Position numbers and translations under genes: made by a program
DNA from: Styela clava
Lineage: Eukaryota
Direction of reading: 5' to 3'
DNA: 64,000 bases
NCBI RefSeq assembly: GCF_964204865.1
Contig: NC_135257.1
Location: 12,090,001-12,154,000 of the forward strand
The notes under the pieces: generated by a model
What the model saw: only the letters and a program-made list of their open reading frames with translations
What the model was told of the DNA's origin: nothing
The model's database searches: none
Shown: piece by piece, positions 1-11,825 of the stretch
Numbering within the stretch: position 1 is the stretch's first letter
Layout: every line of letters begins with the position of its first letter

Positions 1-84
1 GTAACTACAGTTTTACACATTTAATGAAAACATATCAATGAAATACAATGAATGCCGTAAACATCCATTCAAAAATATACTCAC

Positions 85-707
85 TTGCAAAGCGACAGAA
101 CACATCTCCGGAGTTAAGATTTCATCTGTACCACATTGTAAACGAGAAAATGCCAGAAATGCTATAGAAATCGAATATATCCAACATATCATAAGACGAA
201 TAACAGTTGTTTCGAAGAGCGATGATGTATCCTGAAGATGTGTAAAACAAATCAGCGTTTAAATTATATTTAATTTATGCATGTGAGTAGATTATATATA
301 ATGAATTTGCATGATCAATATTACAACCTGGGTGAACTGGTACAATTGAGCGATCAATATACTCTCGAAAAAAAAACGACATGATAATGTTCATGCACCC
401 TATCGGTGTAATGTAATAAAACTGCGGTTTCAAATTCAGCAGCCCTAAGTTTCTAAATAATTAGCTCTTATTTTTTTAATTCTAATATAAATTAAAGGCC
501 AAATACAATCTTCCCATTCATTATGACAAGAACTCCACTCACCTCAAATTCATTTCCGAATCCGAAAGTTTGCTTGTTAAAACTGGCATGTTTGAATTGA
601 TTTGATAATATCAATATTGCCAATATGAGCACAGTCAGAACAAAATATATTGTAATTCCAACTAGAGATATGTCCTCCCAATTCAATTTATAAAAACTTA
701 TGATCAT
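85..707 (-). CDS. 5' part of a membrane-protein gene (exons 707-543 and 231-85), continuing off the left edge
   Basis: ATG at 707 preceded by an acceptor at 718; hydrophobic segment LVGITIYFVLTVLILAILIL; GAG|gtgagt donor; next exon (ttcag|DTSSLF...VALQ|gtgagt) is in phase 0 with a second hydrophobic segment. Family not recognised. Confidence 0.6.
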
Positions 708-3309
708 ATTTTCTTATTCTGAAAACCGATCAAAGAAGGCGTTATTTACTAATTGTTACTTCAGACCATTTATTTTGGATTCCCCTTAACATAAATACAA
801 TTAACTCATCAAATAATAATTAAAAAGACGTAACCTAATTGACTACAGAATTCTGTAGGCCAAAAAGTGGGTGTCTTGCTGCTTGCTCTGCGGGACTGCG
901 GCTGAAAATAATCGCTACGAACGCCAGTTGTCCAGTTCCATTTTTCGTGCTACATTTAACTTCACCCTTTTCAATAGTAATCACAATTCATTCTTGATTA
1001 TTATCCAATACTCATCTATTGACCGTTTTCAAATGTTCAGAGAACTTAAAACATTCACCCTAATCCAGTGACAAACTCAATAACCCTATTTGTGACTCGT
1101 TCTCGTCCCAAGTAAGACGTATTTCTCTATTGATGGAGGAATTCAATTTATACCTTTGGTTTACATCGTAAATACTTCTAACGTTACTTAGCTTCTTTTG
1201 TTTTTCTGTGTTTAGAATATTATTTCACCACTGTTAATAATACCCCGTGAAGTTATGTCGTATCTACCGGTATCTAACGCCTCGCGGACATCATTTAAAC
1301 AGCTTACATACAGCATTTATACCTTATATTTTTTAACACATGCCACAACTAGAAACATACATACTATATTAGTTTTGAATAAATGTACAAACTTCAGTTC
1401 TTAATTTCTTTGATACTATGGACGGCATAGATAAATAGATTGTTTATGAAACTTTATGTTTTAAAATCGTAATATCCAGAAGGAGCATCAAATAGGTATT
1501 GTGCGCTGACCCCCTATCCTCAGTTATCTCACACAGTAATAACCACAGCTAATTGAGATGTAGGTCTTCGTCGACATATTATACATCTGACACAATTTTT
1601 ACTAAACATAGGCTATTACTAAATAGTTTCACTGTACGTATATATAACGCCCAGGTGTTTTCAGTAAACCGATTTCAGTAGGTACATCGTTGTTTTCCAA
1701 AATACACTGCATGACGCTCAATGTTTTATTCATAATTCGAATTGATCGTCGTTTCGAAACGTTAGTAGAGGTATACATTCCCATTCAATTGGCATATGTA
1801 TGAGTCCAAATAATAATTTATGTCAACAACGAGAAAGCATATAGCCTACTGTATTCTATTAACTTCCAATTATATTCGTACCCGTAGCATCTCACCAAGC
1901 ATAAAAATGATTTTTGTATGTCGAAGCTTGCCAATTACCAACACTTTTCTGAACTTCTGTTTTTACAACCACCTGCACCGGAGTCTAAATTGATTATTCT
2001 CGTTCAGCCTGAGATTTTGCTCGAACAGTTACCATACCGCAAGTGGGTGTTGTATTATGGGAGACAATACGCCGGAGATTTGCTTGTTAGCCTTTAATGG
2101 GCAATTATATTCCATAGAATAGTAGAAAAATCGAATATCGACATTTGGATTATGACCCAGAATGAATTATGCGGGCTTAATGACAGGATTGTGTGCCGGG
2201 GGTTCAACGCAAGAATATTCGGATGACTAGTTTTTCAACTGAATATAATTTAGATTCCCCTTCATAGGCGTAAAAACGGCAAATTATGAAACACCTGATA
2301 GATTTTCATAAGAGCTTTTGCTATTATTTATATACTGTATGTGAGTTTTTTATATGCAAAGCTTACTTGTATAAGCTTCAAAGTTCTAAAAGATTCGCCA
2401 TTTTGAATACAAGCAAGTAGACAGACAGGAAGCAGAATTTAGTTGCCAAACATGTGGTTAGAATAATATATAGTACACATATATTTAGTATATATAGTAT
2501 AGTCCGCTTAGACTACTGAAAGAAAGTGAACGGATTGATCTTGAATCATACTAAGCACGGCAATGATTTAATAGCGCTTAGTAAATTTTAGAATATATAT
2601 CAAATGATAGCAAAAATGTAAAATAAAAGGTTTTCATGAAATTGCTAAAATGGAGCCTGATTATCACAAGGCGAAATAATTGTACTGAATCCAGCCCAAC
2701 CCCAGTGTATGTATGTCGGGGACAAAAATTACTGTTTTAAAATATACTCCGGATACACATAGCATGAACTCCTCACAAAGATAGCGAACTAATCATTGAG
2801 ACATGTTATGAATAATTGAAATATAAACAACTGGTAAAATTTGCTGGCTCTTGCAGACACCTAATTCTTCAATAAATATTTGATGAGCCTGTTGTATTCT
2901 ATGCACACCAACTGCAGTTCATAATTCATAAGCAAATAGGCAAACACAATTGCATGCACAATATTAATTTTTAAGATATTAATGAAGAAAACCAGAATCA
3001 CATCAAGAAATTAGGAACATTTAAATGGCATATCTAATCTGGTAAGGTTGGCATGTAATTAAAACAGAATGGGATATGGGACATATTGATCATAAGCAAC
3101 ACCAAAAAAGCATAACTTTGCACAGCTTGTAAAAAAATCAGTAGCATAAAATAAAACGCCTCATAAATGTAATATTTTTCAATATCATATTAACCATCTT
3201 ATCTGCCAATAAAACTAATTTCAACAATCTTAAATTTAAAGCATTTACAGAATTAATTTAGTATCTCTATGTTCGATTTGAAGCAATATACACAAATATT
3301 TAGGAAACA

Positions 3310-6300
3310 TTATAATCGTCCATTCCTTTCAAAATCTTCATCTTGCAAAGTATATGCTTGCCTATATTTAATTCTTGAATCTTCATCTATATACATCAAC
3401 TTTTCATTGCGTTTTGTGTTTTCTCTGCTTCCCAAACTAGTGTATCTATGAATAAAGTCACACATCAATAGTACTCCCAATATAGGATTTCGATTACTTA
3501 AGCTGGAAGTATGATGTAGCAATAAATCATACCCTTTTTGTGTGGTTAACATGCTGGGTCAGAATAAGTTACCTACCTTATTCTGTTCAACATTACCAAT
3601 GTATTAAGGTAGATGGCGGAGAAAGACCAACTGATTGACACTTGGCAAACCCAGCACTCCTTTACCATATGCTTATTCATTCGCCAGTCTTCATTCTTTA
3701 CAATGAGTCATAAGAGCCAAACATCAATGGAATAGGAATCTCCATATGATCTTTTATTTTATATAGTTGTAGTACTTGAAAATTCGTTTGATTTGTGTCT
3801 ACAAACGCCAGATTACAAATTACAGTACAAAATCAAGATTAATAATTCAAATTAAATTTTTTACCCTCTATCATATAATACACAGTAAGGAAGGTGTAAC
3901 GATCGTAAGAATTCCCAAACATCATGGTAGCTCCAATCCTGAAAAAAAACATTAGAAGAGATATAAATGGAACGGGAACACTATTCTACATTGGATATCC
4001 CAACTGGACAAGTTTTCAATAGATATACCCAGATTTCATAACATTGTCATGCAACAAATTAATAAATGAAAGTCCTTTTTCTAAAATCAATATTGTCGGA
4101 ATTAAAACATATTCCTAAATCTTCTTAAATCAACTATACTCGATAATTTATTGACATAATATGGGAGTATTTTTATATCATTTTCATTATCCATTCATAA
4201 AAAATGCATATCGATTTACCAACTAGAATACTATAAAATATTTTGAATACATTCAGTATTCAAATTTTCAAAGTCGCCCGTTTTGGCCACAAACTCCTCT
4301 CGTTTAACAACTCTTCTTGACTACAAAGTGAAAATACAAATCTTACAAAGGATTCAGTAAAGGAAATAATTATAATCAAATATCAAAAACGCAAATGATA
4401 AATAGACAGTCAATAAAAACCAACCAGCATTGGATTAACTCTCATGTATGATGGCCAGTCATCATCAGTTGGAGAAAATGCTGCTAAATTTCTTGAGTAT
4501 GGATCTGTATATCTTGTTCCCATTAATGTAGCTTTAACTTCAGGGTGTTCTAACTTCAACTTTTCAAGCGCTGGCTTAATTTTATCATCGATTGTGACTA
4601 ATTTCAATTTGTACCTAAAAAAAAACAAAAGGTGTACAACTCAAATCTAAGGTGAATATATAGCTGTAATGCAGATAACACTACAAGATAAATAAAGAAT
4701 ATATATTTATCCCAACTAACCAAAGAGTTGATCAGCCTGCTTAATCATATAATGAACCAAGGCTTTGTCAGGCAATCAATCGGTAAAATTCGGTATGGCT
4801 GAGATATTGTATAGGAACATCTAACCAACACTCCAGATGAATAGATATAATAGGTACAGGAAACCATATTCATCCAATAGATGATAAATGAACCACCCAC
4901 CCTGTGATAGGAAACCAGTAAATATTCCTACTTATAATTATCTTCCAAAGGATTCAAATATGTGGCCATGGCACACAGTCACAAGGAGTTTGATGTTGAG
5001 GGCAAGTGAGTGTGTGAACCCAACTGAATTTGTTGTAACTCCTAAAAATATTGTTGGATTCCTCCCTGCAACAGGGTAGTTTGCATATACGCTGCACCGC
5101 AAATAAGACCCTTGCATTTGGAGCACATAATTAGTTAGCTCTACACAGACTAGAGATACTCAATATCATACATATTGCTGTGTTCAATATCTGTGAATAA
5201 GCGTTTCAAGGATCTTTACCGTTTACATGATTCCTCCATGAATCTACGAACTTCATCAAAAGGATTCGGATCTTTAACATATAATGATAATATTGGTTCT
5301 TTGCCTTCTGGATATTTTCTGAAATTACCAAAAGATTATTGTTTTTCTTTATTCAAGTATAAAGAGTCTAACAATCCATATTACCGATTAAATATTATGT
5401 GAGGCTGTTAAAATACCTGCTCCATTTTTGCAATATTTACAGCCATTTGAAATCCATACCTCATAACAGGACTGATAGCAAAAATTTATGATTGATGATA
5501 TGATTACAACATCTAGGGAACTAACTACAAAAACAATTTGTTAGACACAACATACCTACACAGAACTGCATAAAATAAGTGAAGCAATGCAGTGCAATCT
5601 TTTCCACCATTAAAACCAATGCACAATTCATTGAATGAATATCGTCTTAGCGCTTCTTCTATAATTTGAACCTGGTGTAAATTATATTCGGATAAGAGGT
5701 ATATGGTGATAGTATGAAATAATATCTCGAACATTAAAAACAACAAAAGTAAGCAAAATTCAAAGTCCACATTATTATTCAATTACAAAATGTTTCAGTT
5801 TATTTAAAATATACTTCAAAATGGTGCAGTTGAATAATGCCAAGAAAAAATAAAAATATAATGCTTGAAAAAAATTGTAGGAAAAATACTTTTAATTTTA
5901 TTTACAGAATTTTGGATAGCAGTTTGCTAAATTGGCATATAGTATCATAGTGATCGAAGAGGTTCATTAATTATTATTGTATCCATGTAATACTTACTGC
6001 CTCATCAACTTTCTTGGACAACGACTGTGACGTAAATGTCTTCTTGAAAACATCTTTACCCTGTAGCTCAGTTGGATTTTCTACATAATCTGAACAATTA
6101 ATATTTTATATCAAACTTTTTACTGAAATAAATATGATGAACTAAAAAGGTCAAAAGTTTTCAAACATACATCGGCAGTGAGAAGAGCTAGGAATACGCT
6201 CGCCACCATATCTCTGATTACCGAGCGTGGGTTTGCAGATTCGAACCCAGTGGGGATAATTATGTGCGAGAGGATTGCTGGAATCCTTACCACCATGGGA

Positions 6301-9300
6301 TTTCACTTAACCACTGGTCGGGTACATCTTCCTCCAGCATCATATCCATGCATTTGGAACTAATAACTGGCTAACTAATCACATACCCAACAGAGTGGCA
6401 ACCAGACAAGAGGCTGAGGTTCGCCATATGATTAAGTCATCTTATCATCTTATCTCTCCCTTGGGATAAATATGTGAATCCTATCTTGTCATATGGTAAA
6501 TCTTCCAGTGTAATTGGCTCTTCTGCTATTGAGCAGAATTCAGATCACAAATCATTTAATTTTTTTTGCTAATTACAGCCATGTCTATGCATCAGAAACA
6601 TAAAAGAATGCAAAGTGACAAGAGAAAAGTCAACTAGTTTTGAAACTAACTGAACATGATGTAAAGCAATGAAAATAAATGATAAATAGTTGCACTGCTA
6701 TGACTACCATTAAAAAACTAAACCAAAAAGGAAAGCTTAGCACCTGGACATGATAGAAAAAGATAGATAGATAAAACCACTGACTGACCTTTAACAACTA
6801 GGTGCTGTGGAATTGAATCCATCAGATATTTTGTAGCTTCTTCTGTTGCTTGAGAATTGATAGATTCTACAACTACTTTCACCTTATAGTAATTGTTGAA
6901 AAGATCAGGATATGATCCAATAGCAACACCAGCGGAGTGATATCTAAATTGAATTTACTACATATTATTGAAAATTCACTAAGAGACATTAAATAAGATA
7001 TTTATATCTATTCAACTTTTCAATTTTTTTTTTCAGTTTGAATACTTTGCAAACACTATATCTGTATTTTACTTAATCATGAATCCTGAGAATAGATAAG
7101 GTTGATGTATAAAAATCAATAAGAATCATACTTTTCTTGGCAAGCCGACAAATATTTTGCTATTCCTGTTTCTAATTCATCAACCAAAATTTTATTTGTA
7201 TAAAACTGACCTGAAAAATTTCATTTTGTTAAATAAGAGGCAGAGGCAGTTACAAATGATATCATTATTGTTTTTGAGGTCTGGACAAGTGGTCGGCAAC
7301 TGCGGCCCCCGGGCTAAATGCGACACGCAAACAATTTTTTTGTGGCCCTCGAACAACTTCACTTTTATTGCATAAAACAAGAGTTGCTCATAAACTTATT
7401 ATTATCTGTGTTTGGATATATGTCGTAACAATTGCTGTCGCGCATGTTGTTCGTTTTGTAGTAATTATGCAAACGTACCTACTGTTAGTTGTAATTGCCA
7501 CAGGAATAGGGGTTACGGGTGCGGCATATCATGTTCAATGTATCGATTGTTTACAGGTGGCATTTAATGTGGTCCAACGCTATCAAAAATGTGTATGGTC
7601 CAGTTTTACATAAAGTTTACCAACACTAGTCCAGACTATTCCATCTTCTGTTGGTTAAACTTTACCAGAATCTATAAATAGCTTGACTTAATATGAAATA
7701 TAACGTGGTTTAAAGTTAATAGTCATGACAGATGACTACATTTTATTTAATTAATTTATTCAATTAAATTAATTTAATGTCCACAAGAATAAACTTTTTA
7801 TAATTAACCATCTCACCTTCTCCTTTAAATAAATGCTTCAAACTCACTGCGGACTTCTCAAGTAATGAAGGAATACCTGTGAAGTAATAAGGCTGAATTT
7901 AGTATTTATTGCCCCAGGATAAAACAAAATATATACAACAGGTTGTTTCATAAACATTTAGGAGAGTTATATAAACTATGGTTTTGTAAGCGTTAGAATG
8001 GTTATGATAGACAGGTCATATTAATGATGTATTTATTAATAAACTAAAAGCAATAAACTGAATTTAAAAGCAATTAAAACCAATGGGAATATGTAAAATG
8101 CCACCAAAAAACAATATGGGTTCGAATGTAGTAAGAAATATACAAAAGGTAGTTAGGTATATAGGAAAGGTAGTTTAGCTGGAAATGGCATTCATAGAAT
8201 TTTACATTTTTTTTCCTTTCAATATTCAAGGATGTAAAACACAAATGAACTACTGTAACTCTTTGCAGCGTTGCAATATACTGTGAGAAGGATTTACAGA
8301 AATAAACAAACTTACCTATTTGTACAATGATAATGTACTTTTAAAATTTTGCTTGAATGATATGGATATGCATCTACGCCAGGGGTTCCCAGGGGTTTTA
8401 TCTATTTTACATAATACCACCACATGACCAAACTCGAAAGTCCAGTGAAAGAAGCTCCGAAGTTTCATGAAAAAAATATATATTGGCCTGGGGTCGCACT
8501 TTAAAGTTGTCCTTGGGGTCGTCCTGAAAAAAGCTTTGGAAACCCTGATCTATAGTTTTAAAATACCTGGAAATAGAAAAACATTTTTGACTGCGATGAC
8601 TGGAAATCGAAATGAACGTCCTGTAGAAGCATCATGTCCAAAGTGAAGTACATCAGATTCTGGAATATGAGCCATTTTCATTTCTGGTGAATTCATTGGC
8701 TTATTACCAAAATACCTGCAAAAATGAAAAATAAAACTAAAAAATGTTTTAACTAAGCATTGGTATACATACAAAATACTGTGGATCAAAGTAATATTAA
8801 ACTAATATGTTGGACAACTAATCACAAGCTAGCCCAGGTTTGTAAAGAATATCAGCTGTTCATCTTCAAAGCATAATTGTCAGTTACAAATTCTTGTATG
8901 TCGCTGCTCACTCGATAAACTTATTACTGTGACCTGTCTTTCCATCCATGTTCTTTCAAAAACTTTGTAGACTCTTACACTTGAGATACACAAATAATTA
9001 ATTTTTCAACATTTTCGCTGGTTGCACATGAATATTTCACTGTGATTTTACTATATCAGTAGCCTTAATTTCTCACTTTATTCAATAGCACAAGCATTTT
9101 CAGAGTGAACATAAATCAAGATATATAATATATCCCAGACAAATGAATATTTGTGCCAGGAAAAGTCAATTTACTTTTTTAATGACCACAAAGATGCATA
9201 GAAAATAGATAAAGAAAGAGAAAAGTATGAGTCAAATTTGTCATTCCAAGAAGCCCAGCTTTCCCTACCTTGTACAGAGATCTACTAAAGTTTGGTTGGC

Positions 9301-10885
9301 CACAACTGATTCATTAAATGCATTGGCAACTCCATCAAAGGTTTTATCATCATGTGTGGGTCCGATTCCACCAGAAGTCAACACATAATCATATGCGTTT
9401 GAAAAAATGCGAACCTTTCAATGAATAAAAACTGTAACAATTAAATTTCAGTTTAAACAAAATTTATACAGAATCATGAAATATGAAAAAGACAGATACA
9501 AAATTAAGAAAAACAATGATATAGAAATATATTTTGAATTTTAAACTAAATTCTTGGAATACCTCATTAGAAATTTCTTGAATATCATCTCCAATCACAG
9601 TTATTCGCTTTAATGAAACTCCCAAAGAATGAAGAAGTTGACATAAAAAATTTGAGTTTGTGTCTTTTGTTTGCCCTTTCAAAATTTCGTCACCTTGAAA
9701 GGATAAGTTGTAAATTAAGAATATATCACTTCAATCTCGAAAATCAAGAAACATATATTGACAATATATATATATGTTTCAATGATTCTCAACAATGATA
9801 TTACAAATAGATTTTCAACAGTCAGACAGTACAGTAGGAATCATTCATTTTCATATGGGTGCTTGAATGGGAGGCGCAGTTCTTACCACTTCATGGCGGC
9901 TCCTGCCACGAACACACCCCGGCGTCTCTTGTATTTAATGGGGTATGCATCTAAAAATGAATACCTGGCTAACTAATCTCACTAGCAACTAATCCCAACA
10001 TGGACTGGTAACTGGACGAAAAGCCATGGTTTGTTATAGGATTAAGTTATTATATTCTTTTTCGGTAGTCCCGAAGTATGTTAGCCAAGATGGCGGACAC
10101 CGGAACGTAGTATGTGTACCAGGTTAGGGTTAGGCCATAATTGTATTCCATTTTACCTTATTTTAGTTCTATTACGAGTTCGGGGACAAGCCAAGTGACT
10201 CCCTTAGTATTTGTACCTGAAATTATGACCTAACCCCAACCTGGTACACATACTTCGGGAGTACCCCTTTTTCTCCACCCCGGGATGAATATGTAAATTC
10301 TATCCTAATATCAGAATATCTTCTTAAAATATTGAGAAAGAGATTTCAAATTGTCAAACAAAGTCAACAGACTCAACATTAACACAAATCTAAAACAAAG
10401 CGATAAATGGCTTAATATATTAATGATTAATTGAACATGTGTTTTGTATGTTAATATAAAAGACTGATATAATCCTAAGCTTCAAATTAATTTATACAGT
10501 TATATATAGTGGATAGGCAACTAATTTGCCGACAGTATTACAAATAAAATAAATAACATAAAATATGTATAAAAAAATTAGCAGTTGATATTATGGAAAG
10601 TCATGAAAGACTTCAATTTTTTTAAGACAAAGGTTAATTTAATTCAAATTCTATTTAATTTTCATCAAATAACATTTATACTACTATAACGGTACAATGA
10701 AATATTTCCAATCTAAGTTACAGCAAAAAGCAAACTGATGAAATGCCAAAATGGAGCCAATTATTCTAGGCATATTAAAAGTTCTCACCTATTACAATAA
10801 TTCCCGCAGACTTCGGCATTATGAAAGTACTGTTTTGTTTATGGAATGTTTTGAACGTACTCCTCACGCATAAACGAAGAGACAT
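3310..10885 (-). CDS. FLAD1: Bifunctional FAD synthase (molybdopterin-binding/CinA-like N-domain plus PAPS-reductase-like FADS domain), 13 exons, 507 aa
   Basis: Exons 10885-10789, 9693-9563, 9414-9269, 8715-8567, 7876-7817, 7210-7132, 6943-6789, 6089-5998, 5671-5556, 5318-5220, 4614-4425, 3938-3865, 3445-3310; all GT-AG, total 1524 nt in frame. Motifs [70 protein letters not shown]. Confidence 0.95.
6170..6484 (+). mobile_element. tRNA-derived SINE copy in a FLAD1 intron
   Basis: Similar along its length to 22608-22814 and 29188-29498; degenerate B box (gattcgaaccc); shared 3' end gggataaatatgt(g/a)aatcctatc. Confidence 0.7.
7287..7628. mobile_element. hAT (Charlie-like) MITE
   Basis: Termini aagtggtcggcaac ... 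tttaccaacacta with flanks GTCTGGAC/GTCCAGAC (degenerate 8-bp TSD); GCGGCCC subterminal motif. Confidence 0.55.
9868..9915 (-). repeat. Fragment of a dispersed repeat also at 29680-29742
   Basis: Reverse complement of gttcgtggcaggagctgccataaagtggtaatacctgcgcctc seen at about 29697-29740. Confidence 0.55.
10063..10266. mobile_element. MITE with GGGTACTCCCGAAGTATG-type termini and internal GGTTAGGGTTAGG; inserted in a SINE 3' fragment
   Basis: Inverted termini ggtagtcccgaagtatg ... catacttcgggagtaccc; related partial copies at about 12955-13170 and 29881-29990. Confidence 0.7.
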
Positions 10886-11825
10886 CGGTACCTACAGTAC
10901 ATTACCAGACGCTAAAGTCGAGGTTCAGAAGTTCGAGGGAGTTCGAAATAAACTTATGGACCTTTCCACGACCTTTAACCCCCAGAAAATTCTTCCTATA
11001 CTTTACCATTGCAAAATTTCCGGGGCTAGTTTAAGAGTGCTTTTGCGAGTTGGCGTCTGTAAAATGGGGTATATGTTTCAAACCATCATTATGATTTATT
11101 GCATACAACAATCTGTTTTTTAAAGGTACCGGTAAAGAATTTCAGGCTAGTCTATCACAGCTATTTCTACACTAATTTTTATTACTGCAATTAAATAAAA
11201 ACTCCTAGGAAGACCGAGTGATCATTGAATTATCTGATTTATATTTAAGTTTCCAAAACACAACTGAAAACTAACGAATAGAGTTCAAAAACGCGAAAAC
11301 GAGGTAATGTTTACAACCACGCTTGAAAATCTGTCTGAGTGAATAAAGTGTCTGAGCGGATGCGAAAAGGGGGCATTGTTACGTCACTTTTTGCATTTTG
11401 CTGATTGGCCAATGTCACGAAGTAAACAAGGAGGTCGATGCCCGGGGAAAGGTCCATACTTATGTAAACCTTACCATAAACTACCACAAACAATTTTGTG
11501 ATTGCGCAATGTTTATTGTTGCGATGGATGATTGATTTTAATGTCACCACAAGATGTCGATATAGAGCTGATTAAATTTTTAACGAAATTAACTGTGATT
11601 TTGACATTTTTCGTAGGTGGGGGAAACTACCGGTATGACGGGAATACTGGAGTGGGCATAGGAATCTTTCTTCAGAGTGAGATAGGAAAGATAATAATAG
11701 GGATAAGGAAAATTTATGTTAGCCTAGTGGTTATTTGTGCGCACCTCGTATTTCTGTGATTTGACCTGCATCATCATTGTTTTTCAGATTTGTCAATTTG
11801 TTTGAATCAACTTTTCTGTTTCAAA
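10886..11825. promoter_or_regulatory. Putative bidirectional promoter region FLAD1/ETFA
   Basis: Divergent start codons 940 bp apart; overlapping ATTGG/CCAAT (about 11404-11413) and TTACGTCA (CRE-like) motifs; acceptor ttttcag at 11787 upstream of the ETFA ATG. Confidence 0.5.
10957..11456. mobile_element. ~500-bp MITE between FLAD1 and ETFA
   Basis: TIR TGGACCTTTCC...GGAAAGGTCCA flanked by TA on both sides; a second diverged copy at about 23672-24157. Confidence 0.8.

Noticed and set aside
1000-3200. Possible exons or enhancers between the first gene and FLAD1
   Set aside because: No frame-consistent exons or recognisable motifs I can support.
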